Of a DNA stretch of 63,330 nt, positions 16,125 to 26,241 are shown in pieces (the stretch's first letter is position 1; every line of letters begins with the position of its first letter). A model generated the notes under the pieces. It saw only the letters and a list, made by a program, of their open reading frames with translations. It did not search any database and was not told the DNA's origin. Both the position numbers and the translations under genes were made by a program. The stretch spans positions 1 through 63,330 of IMG/VR virus record IMGVR_UViG_3300043409_002192. One strand, written 5' to 3'. Source of the DNA: a virus (lineage: Duplodnaviria > Caudoviricetes).

Positions 16125-16988
16125 TTAGTTTCGTGCAACGGTGATGCCGCCCCGTAAGATAGCGGGGGTGATGGAACCACCCGTGGTGAAAATCATGTTG
16201 AGGTATGCGTCGTCTGCGATGTCCACGACGCGGCCGGACTTCATGAGCAAGTCTGACTCCGTGACGGTGGGGGACTCCAGCAGGGTGAGTTCTGCCAGCG
16301 GGCGGACAAGGACGAGGGCCGCAAAGCCCCCTGCCGAGGCTGCAAAGGTGATGGACTGGACGGACTGGACTCCTGTGTCCCCGTTTGCCAAGGCAAGGAA
16401 AGGACCGCGTTTCCCTGCGGCAAAGGTGGATTCCGTGGCGGTGATAATATTGCCCGTGAATGCCCCCACGCCTACTGACCCGGAGGCGATCCGGCCCACG
16501 ACGCCTAGTTCATTTGTGTAGCTGACAGTGAAGTCCGCATTGGACGCCGAGGGGGTGGTGATGACAAGCATGAGCCGCAACCCCTTGCCATCCGTATGCC
16601 GGGTGAGAGGCACCAGATTCTCAAGCTCCTGAACGTCCGTGGAATCCAGGTCAATCAGGGGATAAAACCCGATGTAGTCCAGCATGTGAAACGTGCCGGG
16701 GATGTTGTTGGCGCTCATGGTCTGGAGCCACCAGTGCGTCAGATACTTCGTCCGGCCCGGTTCTGCCTCCCCGGTGTAGATGCCAAAGTTTCCGCTGCCC
16801 TGCATGGGGGTGAAAGCCGCCTGGTCTCCCACGTAGGCATTGAACTTGGGGGTACCTGCCGCCATGGACAGGTCAATGAAGTCTCCCGCGCCTCCGTCCG
16901 CATGGCTGGTCTTGTGGATAAACTGGGTATGGACCCGCGAGTTGTCCCCGAGGATCTTGCCGAGTTGGGCTGGTCCGATGATGGGCAT
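16125..16988 (-). CDS. putative virion protein, paralog of 15238-16119
   Basis: Same shared motifs. Confidence 0.75.
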   Translation of the reverse strand: MPIIGPAQLGKILGDNSRVHTQFIHKTSHADGGAGDFIDLSMAAGTPKFNAYVGDQAAFTPMQGSGNFGIYTGEAEPGRTKYLTHWWLQTMSANNIPGTFHMLDYIGFYPLIDLDSTDVQELENLVPLTRHTDGKGLRLMLVITTPSASNADFTVSYTNELGVVGRIASGSVGVGAFTGNIITATESTFAAGKRGPFLALANGDTGVQSVQSITFAASAGGFAALVLVRPLAELTLLESPTVTESDLLMKSGRVVDIADDAYLNMIFTTGGSITPAILRGGITVARN

Positions 16989-17126
16989 TTAATTGACGGC
17001 GGATTCTCCGCTGGCGACGGCTTGGATGTCTGCGATGACGGGGGCTTCGTGTTCACAGGTACGGATGACTTCGCCATCCTCCACGGTGGCGGGTGCTCCG
17101 CATTCTGAGCAATGATAGGTGGTCAT
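16989..17126 (-). CDS. small Zn-ribbon protein (MTTYHCSECG...)
   Basis: ATG overlaps the upstream stop; CxxC...CxH. Confidence 0.55.
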   Translation of the reverse strand: MTTYHCSECGAPATVEDGEVIRTCEHEAPVIADIQAVASGESAVN

Positions 17127-17554
17127 GATTCCAGGACTGACAGGGCGGTAGCGGCGAACTGAGGCTGAATGCCGTTGGCAACAGCAAGCGAGGAAGACAG
17201 CGCCCCGGCGTAGAGCACCTTTCCAGCGCCGGACGAGGCAGTGCCTACCGCGACATGGCTGATGGTGGCACCGGTGACTCCGCACTTGGCAAACTGGGCG
17301 AGCGCGGCATTGGTGGCTCCTCCAGAGGCGACCGTCCAGCCACCTACGGTCCGGGCAATGGGAATCCGGGCGTAGTTGGTGTAGGCCGTTTCATTGGTGG
17401 TCTGGGCACCGCCAATCCCCGGCGATGCGGTATGCAGCGAAAGATAAAGGTTGGTGGCAGGGGAGGCTGACGCATTGTCTGCGATGCCGACGATGGCAGT
17501 GGCATTGAAGATCAACGCGGCCAAATCGTTGCTGAACGTGATAGACTTAGGCAT
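17123..17554 (-). CDS. putative virion/tail-fibre-associated protein, homolog of 53073-53477
   Basis: YLSLHTASP..E..YTNYARI..ISHVAV..GKVLYAGAL pattern. Confidence 0.75.
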   Translation of the reverse strand: MPKSITFSNDLAALIFNATAIVGIADNASASPATNLYLSLHTASPGIGGAQTTNETAYTNYARIPIARTVGGWTVASGGATNAALAQFAKCGVTGATISHVAVGTASSGAGKVLYAGALSSSLAVANGIQPQFAATALSVLES

Positions 17555-17568
17555 GGTGGTAATGGTGG

Positions 17569-17814
17569 TTATTGGGCTTCGATTTCGGCAGTCTTCCACC
17601 GGCCTTGGGAGTCGCGGGAGGTGATGGAAATGCGGTATTTGCGGGGGCGTTCCTGTGCTGGGGACATGTGAATGACCGGAGCAGGCACATTGATAATGGG
17701 GGCAGGCTGTTCCCGCAAGGGGGACACGGCCATAGCCCGATACGCATCAGCCAAAGCAATGGTGGCTTCAGCGGAATCCGCAATGGCTTCGGCTAATTCG
17801 GATTCTGGCGTCAT
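17569..17814 (-). CDS. hypothetical protein
   Basis: ATGA overlap with the giant gene stop; PAPIINVPAPVI..RDSQGR. Confidence 0.65.
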   Translation of the reverse strand: MTPESELAEAIADSAEATIALADAYRAMAVSPLREQPAPIINVPAPVIHMSPAQERPRKYRISITSRDSQGRWKTAEIEAQ

Positions 17815-20800
17815 GAGGTTTTCAGCTTACTGTTCAGGCAACCAATGAGTTTTGCAAGTTTGCGTGCAAACTGCTGTTGTGTGTCCAATTGTTCCTGCGA
17901 GGGGGACGCGAGGGGAGATTCAATGGTGTTCCCATCCCGGCCGAGGGAAAGGAGCACGTCCGGGGCAGCATCTGGGCCAGTTGTGCGGCTTCTGTCTCCA
18001 GCGGCTACGTCTCCGCGATCTGGTTCCAAATTGGGGCGGGCAGGGAGGTCATTTTGATTGGTAGGGCTGGTGGGTGGATTGTCGAGGGCGGAATAAATGG
18101 CGTTCCAGTCCGGCTGGATGCTGCGGAGGTCCTTGTTGCTCATGCCCATGCCGGACCAGATGGCTTCCGAGAACCCACGGTAGGCGGGTCCCATCTTCGT
18201 CAGACTGGCGGCAAGGGCTTCTGGGGTCGTGGCGACCTTGGCGAAGTTCTTGGCGGCGGTGGCGAGAGGGATGAACGCGGCATCCGGGATTTCGAGGGCG
18301 TAGGTTGGAGCGAGCGGCTGACTTTGCAGCGATCCATCCATGATGGAATCCAGCACCTTCTTGAGTTCCGCTTCCTCGGGCGTCAGGGCAGGCGGGAGTT
18401 CTGGCGTGGCGGCTTCGGCGGCTTTCTCGGTGGCGGCTTCCTTCGCCTTCCGTTTGTTTTCAGCGGCGAGTTCCTTGGCTTCCCGGGCGCGGCGTTCTGC
18501 GGCGGATTCCGGGGTGAGATTGAAAGGCTCGTCCGGTTGGCCAGCAAGAAAGTCCTGTTGGCCATCAGCGGTGACTACGGCGGTTTTGGGGTAAACATAC
18601 AATTCACTCTGCTTGATGTATCCGTCAGGAATGGCTTTCAAATCCGCCCATTCCACAGCTGCAACAGCCACAGGACGCTTCTGTGCCAGTGCATCTTGAA
18701 TGCTTATTAAATAAGTGTTATAAAGCTTGGAGCGTTCAATCTCCTTTGTTTTTGCCGCATTAATATCCTCCAATGCGGTCTGATAATCATAATCCGTCCA
18801 GTCATCAGGCTTGGCTGGTTTAGAGTTTCTCCCGGGAACCCAAACGTCACCCTGCTTGAGGTATCCTGAATTCTTCATGAACTCCTTACTGGGAAGATCA
18901 TCAATCCAGCTGTTTGAAATCTGTCTTTGTTTGGCTACGTTGCCCCACAGAAAATTGCGGCGGCGTTCCACCCATTTTGCAAAAGCATTGACAGCCTCAG
19001 TTTGGCTGACTTCCTCCGACTTCATTCTACTGGGTTTTGGATTCTTCTCCAGCCATTCCGCTTGAGTAGGAACCTTTTTACCACTCCATCGGGATTCAAA
19101 TTCCTTCGCAAACGCTTCTTCTGGAGTCATCTGCTCAGGTTTGGTGAGATCACGGGCCGCTGGCTTACTGACGGCGGCGGCATTGTCCGCAAAATTAAGA
19201 AGCGCGGTGATGGCGTCTTCTTTGGTGCTGTCTTTCTTGAGTTCAATGCCAGCTTGTTTCGCTTCGCTGCGTAGAGTAAACACGTCCAGTAATTGTAGCC
19301 CGTCCCGCATTTCCGTCCGGATGTTTAATGGAAGCGACTGAATTTGATTTTGGAATCCTGCGGACCCTTCAAAAAATGAAGCATTAAGCATCCGGCGCAG
19401 CTCTCCAATCGATTCGAACCGTCGTTCATCCACGTAATCAGGGGCTACTCCATCATGCCAGAAATAAGCGCCGTCCCTGAATTTAATTGTGGCGTTTGGA
19501 CGGTCAGAAACACGGAGCACTGATCGGTTCCCCACGAAAGTTCTCGGTTCTGGCGTGGCATTCCGAACTCCGAAACTGTCCCCGTAAGCGATGGCTTCTT
19601 TAAGCGTTGAAAAAGTCTTATTCAACTCAGGATTGCTTTTCCCATCATTCGTCAGGGAAACGGCAACCTGAAAATACGAGCGGGGGGAATCCACGAAATC
19701 CTTCTTTTGGTAAATATAATAACCCGGGCTTAGTGGATCAGGCTCTGCGGCGGGCACTATGGTGGTTTCGGTTTGAGTGCCTGCAAACTCCTTAAGCCGC
19801 GCCTCAATGCGTTGCACGGTGTCATCAATGGCCCGGGACCAGAGGGCTTCCCGGCTGGCGGGTTCATCCCCAAACATATCCGCCTGCGCGGGGTTTCCGA
19901 GATTCACCACGCCTTCCACGTAGTTGGACAGGGCCTCCTCCAGCCGTTGACGGCTGCTGCGGTTCTCCACCATGAACTGCATGAGGCGAGTGACCATGGG
20001 GTCTTCGAAGGCATCCGGCTGTCCGGCAAGGCCTTCATAGACGGCGCTGGCGGGAGTTTTGGCGGGCTTGTCCCTCAAGGCTACGGCGATGCGCTGGACG
20101 GCGCTTCCAAGATCGGTGCTGATGTCGCGGTCGTAGAGCTTTCCGGCGGCGGCTTCCGCTTTCATCCATCCCATGCCGGCGGCCATGGTTAGCATGGCAT
20201 TGGTGATCTTCTTCGCGCCGTCATCGGTTTCCCCTGCCATGCGGGCCAGGGCAGCGCGGCCTTCCGCGTTGAGTCCGTAGGCACTGGCGAAGATACCCAT
20301 GCGGATGCGGTTGGCGAGTTCCGGCCCAGTGAGGTTCGCTTCGTTGGCTCCTCCGGCGGCGATAACCTGCGTGACGTAGGCTTGGCGGAAGGGTTCGTTC
20401 TGCCTGGCTTCCAGATCGTAGTTCGGATCCAGCAAGGCGAGGACGTTCTTGGCCGGTCCGCTGAGACGCTGGGCATCCTGCCCGGCAAGTTCCACGGCGT
20501 TGGTCCGCATGGCTACGCCTTCGTTGCTGCCTTGGGAGAACTTGATCACCGTTTCCTTGTCCACGGGGTCGAGGACCCGCACGAGCACGGGCTCCTTCAT
20601 GGCTTCGACGACGGCGGGGTCAAGTCCAAAGGTTTTGGCGGCGGCCACCATGTCGGCTTTGTATTTGCCAGCGGAGGGGAAGCCTTCGCCATAGGCCATG
20701 GCGATGCCGTTGAAGCGGCCATTGCCGATGATCACCTGTGCGCCGGCATCAATCACCGGGGCTCCGAGATCCGGAGTGGTGGCGGGGACTTCGGTGTCCG

Positions 20801-23800
20801 GGAAGTAGGCGGCCTGATCGAAGGACAGCTCGCGGGCGATGTTCTGGGATTGCTTCTGGTATTCCGGCAGGGAGCGGTCCCGGGGCTGCAGGGCTTGGTC
20901 GTAGCCTTCGCTGATGTTGCCGCGATAGTCGTGGCTGGGCAGGAGGGAGGCGCGTTCACGGACGGCAAAGCGGGCGGTCAGCTTGACGCTGTGCTGGGTG
21001 ATGGCGGTGGGGTTACCAGAATCGGTTCTAGGAACCGGATTCGGCGTTCCAACCGGTTCAACTACCGGGGATTCCTCGGTAGTTGCCTCCGGTGCCGGTT
21101 CAGCAACAGCCGCCGTTTTTTCTGTTGGAGGAGTGGCGGCTGTTTCGGTGCCTGCAAACTCCTTAAGCCGCGCCTCAATGCGCTGCACGGTGTCATCAAT
21201 GGCGGCGATGGTTTCCGGGGTGGCTCCGGCCTTGGCCAGGCGCTTCCGGAAGTCCTTGAGGTATGCCAGCAAGGCATTGATGGCCCGGCGGATGGTGGCG
21301 GCCAAGGTAGGGCTGGCCTGCTCGGTGGTGATGATGGTGCCATCCAGTGTGATGCCATTGGCTCCCATGGCGAGCCGTCCCTGAATGATCATCCGCAGGA
21401 ACTCGTGGCCGAGATTGCGCGGATCTGCCGTGGTGCGGTAGGCCTGCCGGATGACGCGTTGCACCTTGGGCGGCAGGGCGTTGTAAATCGCGGCGGCATC
21501 CAGTTTCTTCGCGTTCTCCAGTTCCAGCGCGGCGGAATGGATGACCTCCTCCTGAATGGCTAGGCGTGCCCACTCTCCGACGTTTCCGCCGGTCGCTTCG
21601 GCACTGATGGCCAAGCCGTCGAAGTCCAATTCAAGGGCGCGGTCGGTGCTGATCTGCACTCCGCCGGAATTGGTGGCGGTCTTCACGCGGAATCCACCCG
21701 GAAAAGCCGCACCCCACCGCTTGGCTTCATTTTCAAGAGCCTTGGCAAGCACGGCATTTCGCTTCACGCGTTCCGGGGTGGATGCCATGCCGCGAGCAAC
21801 TCCGGCAGCGGTGATGGCCTGGGCGAAATCCGGCTTGGCCGTGGGGGCGGGGGAAACCTCCACAGCATCCCGGACCATGCCTTTTCCTTCGCTGGCGACC
21901 TGAGCAATGGCGGCGGTTTTGTTGGCGGCAGTGACGCGGACGGGTGCCTCTTGACCATCGACGGTGACATCGAACTGGCGGTTGGTTGCAGTGGCGGAGG
22001 GTGATTGTGTCGGTGATTGTGTCGCTTTGGTCGTATTTGTAGCCGGTTTATCCTGAACGGATTCTGGCGTTGAATTGACTGGATTGTCCGCTGGAATGTC
22101 CTTTTCCTCCGATTTAGCTTTCTCCTTTGCCGCCATTTCAGCAACGGATGCGCGCCGTTCTGTCTCACTTTGACCGATCAAAGGGGCGGCGGCCGGGAAC
22201 ATGGAAGTCACCCGGTTAATGGTGCCTTGGGACACAATCAGCTCCCCATTCTCCACGCTGACACGCGGCACGCCATCCGGTGCCGTGGTCTTTCCGCCAA
22301 GCGGCTCAATCTCCCCGCTGGTTCCCCGCTTGAGGTCCAAGGCCAGCAACTGGGCGTTATCCAAGGTATCAGCACGGCCGGTAGCTACGGCCACCACGGC
22401 GCGGGCTGTGGAGGTCATGGCTTCGTGCTCAGGCATCCCGGGTTGCAGAATCACGCCATTGTTATCAATGGGGGCGGCAAAGGATTCCTCCAATGCCACA
22501 AGATTCTTGATGCCACCCAACATGGCTTCCCGCCGCTGCTTTTCGAGCACCGCCATGCCCTTCAAGGCTTCACGCGCCGTTACCCGGTCGCCTTTGGCTT
22601 TGGCATCGGCGGCAATGAGTCCGAGAGCATCCCTTTGGGCTGTCATTCCCGGAACGGGGCCGAAAGCATCCAGTGAAGGCACTGCTCCCAGTGCGGCCGT
22701 CATCATGGCAGGATCCACACCGGCCAGTTCTGCCAGTTGTTCCGGCGGGCTGGTGACCACGGCGGCGGTCTTTTTGATTTCATCCTGAACTTTGTTGTTC
22801 GCCTGATTGACCTGCCAAGCTTCTTTGATGGGAGCCAGTGCGGTGCGCGTGGCTCCCACGGAAGTGAACACACCACCACCGATGGCTTCCCCCACGGTGT
22901 TTTCGAAAATTTCGGCGCTTTCCTCTTTGGTCAATGGCAGGTCCAAATCCACCTTGTCTGTGATGCGCTTGGCATAGACTCCCATGATGCCCTGCATCAA
23001 GCCGGTGCCAGCTTCTTTCCCCACGCCCACGCCAAGTTCCTTGGCAAAGGACAGAGCGGCGTTCTCGGTCTTTTTCCGCAGTTCCTTTCCGGTGTTCCCC
23101 AGGAGTTTCTGCACCATTCCGGACTCCACTCCATCGAGGGCGTCAAGGGCGGCGGCAGGCACGGCCAATAACAGAGAGGCGGCAATTGCACGGTCCACTT
23201 TATCAGGATCCGCCGCTATTTCCGCAGAGGTCATTTCTCCCAAAGTGCTGTTGAGGTATTCCCCGCCATTTCCCCGGAAGCTGCTGGCAAAGGCTCCCCA
23301 TTTCGCCAGAGTCTGGGAGGTCTGCTGGCGGATCAGATTACTGAGCACGCCCTTTCCGCCGGCTTTGGCTTCCGTTTTGAGGGCGCTCAGAACGCTGCGC
23401 TCCGCAAGACTCATGGCCACCTCTTGCTTCAGCCCCTGTTTGGCAATCAGTTCCACCGCTTCCTTGGCAATCGCCCGCTTGATGGCAGTCTTGCCAAAAA
23501 CCCCGGCAATGGCCCCGCCAGCGGTTCCAGCCCCCGGCGCGGCCGCGCTACCGATGAGGGCTCCTGTCAGGCCAAACCCGGCAGTTTCCACGAGGTCAGG
23601 AATCATCCTGAGAACGGTCTGCCCCACGTAGTGGAAGGCATCCGACTTGGATTTGATGGAGCCGAAGGATTCCACGACACTGCCGCGGGCTTCGACCTTG
23701 GCGCTCCGTGCATTGGCCCGCTGATGCAGGTCCAGAAACTCCTGCTCATCACCGGACAGATGATTCATGGCCGCCCGCATCATGAGATAGGAGCCCGTGA

Positions 23801-25874
23801 ACTGGTCCCATCCGTTGGCAATTTCCGTGGCCGCGACGTTCAGGGAACCACTGGCACGCAGCTGTTCCTTTTTGAGATTCCGGGTGGCAAGCTCCAGTTC
23901 CCTGGAGACAGCGGCGGTATTGAAAAGCGGTTGGTCAGCATGCTCCCGGATGTATCCATTCAGGGCATCCAGCCGGGCCTTTGCTTTGTCTGGGCTCTGC
24001 TCGTCCAGTTTTCCGGCGGCATCCAAGGTGGTGTTTAGATCGGGCACGGGTTTGACTTCGACCCCGGCCGCTTTGTAGGCCTCCACGACTTTGTTGATTG
24101 GCACCGCACCTTGGAATCCAAGATCACGCACCCGGCGCAGATCGCCCTGCACGCTTTCTGCGATGGTATCAAATTCACTGACGGAAGCACCGGCCCAGTC
24201 CTTGAACATTTTCTGGCCCTGTTCCGGAGTCACGCTGCCATCCTTCACCATTTTGGCGATACGGCCGCCGTCCTCCTGAACTTTGGCATCCACCCGGGCA
24301 GCCAGTTCACGGGCGCGGCGGGTGGTTTCCGCCACGAGAGCATAACCGGTTTCCCGTTCCATCCGGACATCCGGCACCTCCGTTCCCCCTTCCTGCTCGC
24401 GGCCAAGCAGTTTCCCGCGGTCACTGCGCACGGCTCCCTGCTCACTGTCACGCAGGAAGATATCCTTCCCGGGGTTTTGAGCGAGGGCCGTCGGTAGATC
24501 CTGCACGCGGTTGGTTTCCAGAACGCCCTGACGGTATTTCGGCGTGAAGCCGGGAGTCAGTTTGACCGGTGGGGAGGACTGCAAAGCCGGATCGGCACCG
24601 GTCGCTTTGGCCTGCTCCTCCACCTTGGCGGCCTCTTCAGCCTTCACACTCTCCAAGGCTTGGGTTTGCTCCTGATTGAGACCTTCCGCCCACTTCTGGT
24701 GATCTTCAATACTGGCATTGACGCTGGCAGCCTTGGCATTCAGGGCTTCCATCCGCAGACGCAAAGCTCCCTGCTGCCGGATGATATCCGGAGCCTCGGC
24801 CGCCGTGTATCCTTTCTGCGCCCGTTCCATCAGGGCCATCTGTTCCTGTTCCAGAGCCGTGCGCTCCTGATCCAATCCTGTCTTCAGGGCTTGGATGCGC
24901 TGGCTCCCCTGCTCCATCTGTTTCCGTTGCAGGGCCGCCAGTTCCTCAGGCTTCCGGCTGCCCAGCTTTTCCTTCACGAACTCATCCAAGGGTTTCTCTT
25001 CGAAAGCCATCCGGTCGAGTTCCAGCTTCGAAATCTGTTCCAGCCGGTTCTGCCGCTCGCCATGTTTGCGCAACAGTTCCTCATCCCCCGGCATGACGTT
25101 GTTGCTGGCCTTCCGCTCAGTGGCTTCCTTGACCAACTGCGCAACCTTGGCCGGCGTGGCATCCATGCTGAGGGCAGGGCTCTTAAGTTCCGCGGCAATC
25201 CGTGCCTTCTCGCGGTTCATCTGCTGCAACTCACGATCCCGCAAAGCCGCCGCACTGGCATCCTTCACCTTCTTGTCAGGTGAGAGCAATCCTTCCTCGG
25301 GATCAATCGCATCCCATGGCTTCGCCTTGTTCTGGCGGTAGATAAAACGGTCGTTAGGGTCCTGCGGATTGTTTCCAATCGGCGCGTCCGCATCAAGGAA
25401 CTTTTGTTGGAAAGCTCCGTCCGTCCGTTCCACCTGATACGCCCGGCCGGTGGCGTCATACTGCACGGGCCCCTTGATGTCCTTCACCACCGGCTTGCCC
25501 GTCAGGGGGTCCTTGGCCTGCACCACGCTGCCATCTGGATTCCTGTCAGTCACCAGTCCCTGGGACTCCATGCTGATTTCCTTCAGGTCATTCGCTTCCT
25601 TCGTCCGGCGTTTGTTTTCGGCTTCCGCCTCCTTCGCCGCGGCCTCTGCTTCCTGCTGCTGGAAATACCCCTGCCGGATCTGCTCATTGGCTACTGCGGC
25701 TTTCTGCTGGTCGTATTGATCCCATTGCCGGGCCTGGCCTTCGTCATAGGTGTCAGCCAATCCGCCACTGAGCCGGCGGGGATCCACGGGGCCGGGCTGC
25801 TGGGGCTCCGGGGCGGGGATTTGAGTGGCAGGAGAGAGAACGCGGCGGCGGTAGTTTTGCAGGGACATAGGCAA
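17811..25874 (-). CDS. giant polyvalent / internal virion (ejection-type) protein with DdrB-like ParB domain
   Basis: 2687 aa; coiled coils, glycine-rich hydrophobic segments, PSHD..LQPRDRS..GAPVI..GNGR ParB-like domain. Confidence 0.8.
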   Translation of the reverse strand: MPMSLQNYRRRVLSPATQIPAPEPQQPGPVDPRRLSGGLADTYDEGQARQWDQYDQQKAAVANEQIRQGYFQQQEAEAAAKEAEAENKRRTKEANDLKEISMESQGLVTDRNPDGSVVQAKDPLTGKPVVKDIKGPVQYDATGRAYQVERTDGAFQQKFLDADAPIGNNPQDPNDRFIYRQNKAKPWDAIDPEEGLLSPDKKVKDASAAALRDRELQQMNREKARIAAELKSPALSMDATPAKVAQLVKEATERKASNNVMPGDEELLRKHGERQNRLEQISKLELDRMAFEEKPLDEFVKEKLGSRKPEELAALQRKQMEQGSQRIQALKTGLDQERTALEQEQMALMERAQKGYTAAEAPDIIRQQGALRLRMEALNAKAASVNASIEDHQKWAEGLNQEQTQALESVKAEEAAKVEEQAKATGADPALQSSPPVKLTPGFTPKYRQGVLETNRVQDLPTALAQNPGKDIFLRDSEQGAVRSDRGKLLGREQEGGTEVPDVRMERETGYALVAETTRRARELAARVDAKVQEDGGRIAKMVKDGSVTPEQGQKMFKDWAGASVSEFDTIAESVQGDLRRVRDLGFQGAVPINKVVEAYKAAGVEVKPVPDLNTTLDAAGKLDEQSPDKAKARLDALNGYIREHADQPLFNTAAVSRELELATRNLKKEQLRASGSLNVAATEIANGWDQFTGSYLMMRAAMNHLSGDEQEFLDLHQRANARSAKVEARGSVVESFGSIKSKSDAFHYVGQTVLRMIPDLVETAGFGLTGALIGSAAAPGAGTAGGAIAGVFGKTAIKRAIAKEAVELIAKQGLKQEVAMSLAERSVLSALKTEAKAGGKGVLSNLIRQQTSQTLAKWGAFASSFRGNGGEYLNSTLGEMTSAEIAADPDKVDRAIAASLLLAVPAAALDALDGVESGMVQKLLGNTGKELRKKTENAALSFAKELGVGVGKEAGTGLMQGIMGVYAKRITDKVDLDLPLTKEESAEIFENTVGEAIGGGVFTSVGATRTALAPIKEAWQVNQANNKVQDEIKKTAAVVTSPPEQLAELAGVDPAMMTAALGAVPSLDAFGPVPGMTAQRDALGLIAADAKAKGDRVTAREALKGMAVLEKQRREAMLGGIKNLVALEESFAAPIDNNGVILQPGMPEHEAMTSTARAVVAVATGRADTLDNAQLLALDLKRGTSGEIEPLGGKTTAPDGVPRVSVENGELIVSQGTINRVTSMFPAAAPLIGQSETERRASVAEMAAKEKAKSEEKDIPADNPVNSTPESVQDKPATNTTKATQSPTQSPSATATNRQFDVTVDGQEAPVRVTAANKTAAIAQVASEGKGMVRDAVEVSPAPTAKPDFAQAITAAGVARGMASTPERVKRNAVLAKALENEAKRWGAAFPGGFRVKTATNSGGVQISTDRALELDFDGLAISAEATGGNVGEWARLAIQEEVIHSAALELENAKKLDAAAIYNALPPKVQRVIRQAYRTTADPRNLGHEFLRMIIQGRLAMGANGITLDGTIITTEQASPTLAATIRRAINALLAYLKDFRKRLAKAGATPETIAAIDDTVQRIEARLKEFAGTETAATPPTEKTAAVAEPAPEATTEESPVVEPVGTPNPVPRTDSGNPTAITQHSVKLTARFAVRERASLLPSHDYRGNISEGYDQALQPRDRSLPEYQKQSQNIARELSFDQAAYFPDTEVPATTPDLGAPVIDAGAQVIIGNGRFNGIAMAYGEGFPSAGKYKADMVAAAKTFGLDPAVVEAMKEPVLVRVLDPVDKETVIKFSQGSNEGVAMRTNAVELAGQDAQRLSGPAKNVLALLDPNYDLEARQNEPFRQAYVTQVIAAGGANEANLTGPELANRIRMGIFASAYGLNAEGRAALARMAGETDDGAKKITNAMLTMAAGMGWMKAEAAAGKLYDRDISTDLGSAVQRIAVALRDKPAKTPASAVYEGLAGQPDAFEDPMVTRLMQFMVENRSSRQRLEEALSNYVEGVVNLGNPAQADMFGDEPASREALWSRAIDDTVQRIEARLKEFAGTQTETTIVPAAEPDPLSPGYYIYQKKDFVDSPRSYFQVAVSLTNDGKSNPELNKTFSTLKEAIAYGDSFGVRNATPEPRTFVGNRSVLRVSDRPNATIKFRDGAYFWHDGVAPDYVDERRFESIGELRRMLNASFFEGSAGFQNQIQSLPLNIRTEMRDGLQLLDVFTLRSEAKQAGIELKKDSTKEDAITALLNFADNAAAVSKPAARDLTKPEQMTPEEAFAKEFESRWSGKKVPTQAEWLEKNPKPSRMKSEEVSQTEAVNAFAKWVERRRNFLWGNVAKQRQISNSWIDDLPSKEFMKNSGYLKQGDVWVPGRNSKPAKPDDWTDYDYQTALEDINAAKTKEIERSKLYNTYLISIQDALAQKRPVAVAAVEWADLKAIPDGYIKQSELYVYPKTAVVTADGQQDFLAGQPDEPFNLTPESAAERRAREAKELAAENKRKAKEAATEKAAEAATPELPPALTPEEAELKKVLDSIMDGSLQSQPLAPTYALEIPDAAFIPLATAAKNFAKVATTPEALAASLTKMGPAYRGFSEAIWSGMGMSNKDLRSIQPDWNAIYSALDNPPTSPTNQNDLPARPNLEPDRGDVAAGDRSRTTGPDAAPDVLLSLGRDGNTIESPLASPSQEQLDTQQQFARKLAKLIGCLNSKLKTS
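19777..19832. repeat. 56-bp direct repeat, copy 1
   Basis: 55/56 identical to 21148-21203; encodes AIDDTVQRIEARLKEFAGT. Confidence 0.95.
21148..21203. repeat. 56-bp direct repeat, copy 2
   Basis: 55/56 identical to 19777-19832. Confidence 0.95.
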
Positions 25875-25990
25875 ATGTCCGGTCCAGCTTACGCGCCTTT
25901 CCGGACCAGCGCAATTGTTGCCTAGATTACATCTGCCGCAACTTTGAGACCTCAGCTCCTAAATCGACTGCACCGCGCCGTGGACGGCTC

Positions 25991-26025
25991 CCCACTCGGC
26001 AGGCCGATACGCTTTGCCGAGTGGG
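25991..26025. terminator. GC-rich hairpin at the start of array B
   Basis: CCCACTCGGCA...TGCCGAGTGGG stem; no U-tract. Confidence 0.4.
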
Positions 26026-26119
26026 TCGACGCATAGCTCATGGATCACTGCCCGCCATCGACGTTGACTTCGGAAAAACTGTCCGCCGGGCAGGGATTCC
26101 ATGCAGCGTCTTGTTCTGG
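26024..26119 (-). other. attC site with degenerate core (GTC instead of GTT)
   Basis: GGTCGAC GCATA GCTCATGGA TCACTGCCCG / CGGGCAGGGATTCCATGCAGC GTCTT GTTCTGG. Confidence 0.75.
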
Positions 26120-26241
26120 GTCTTTTTTGGGGCGGTGAAAATAAATGATAAAAGATTGAAATAATGCTTGCAGGAAATCAAACCGCGATTTAAGGTCTTC
26201 TCAGTTGCCGCACGAAGCGCAATCGAACCGACCAACAAAAA

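Noticed and set aside
19777-21203. Diversity-generating retroelement TR/VR pair
   Set aside because: Only one mismatch and no reverse transcriptase recognised
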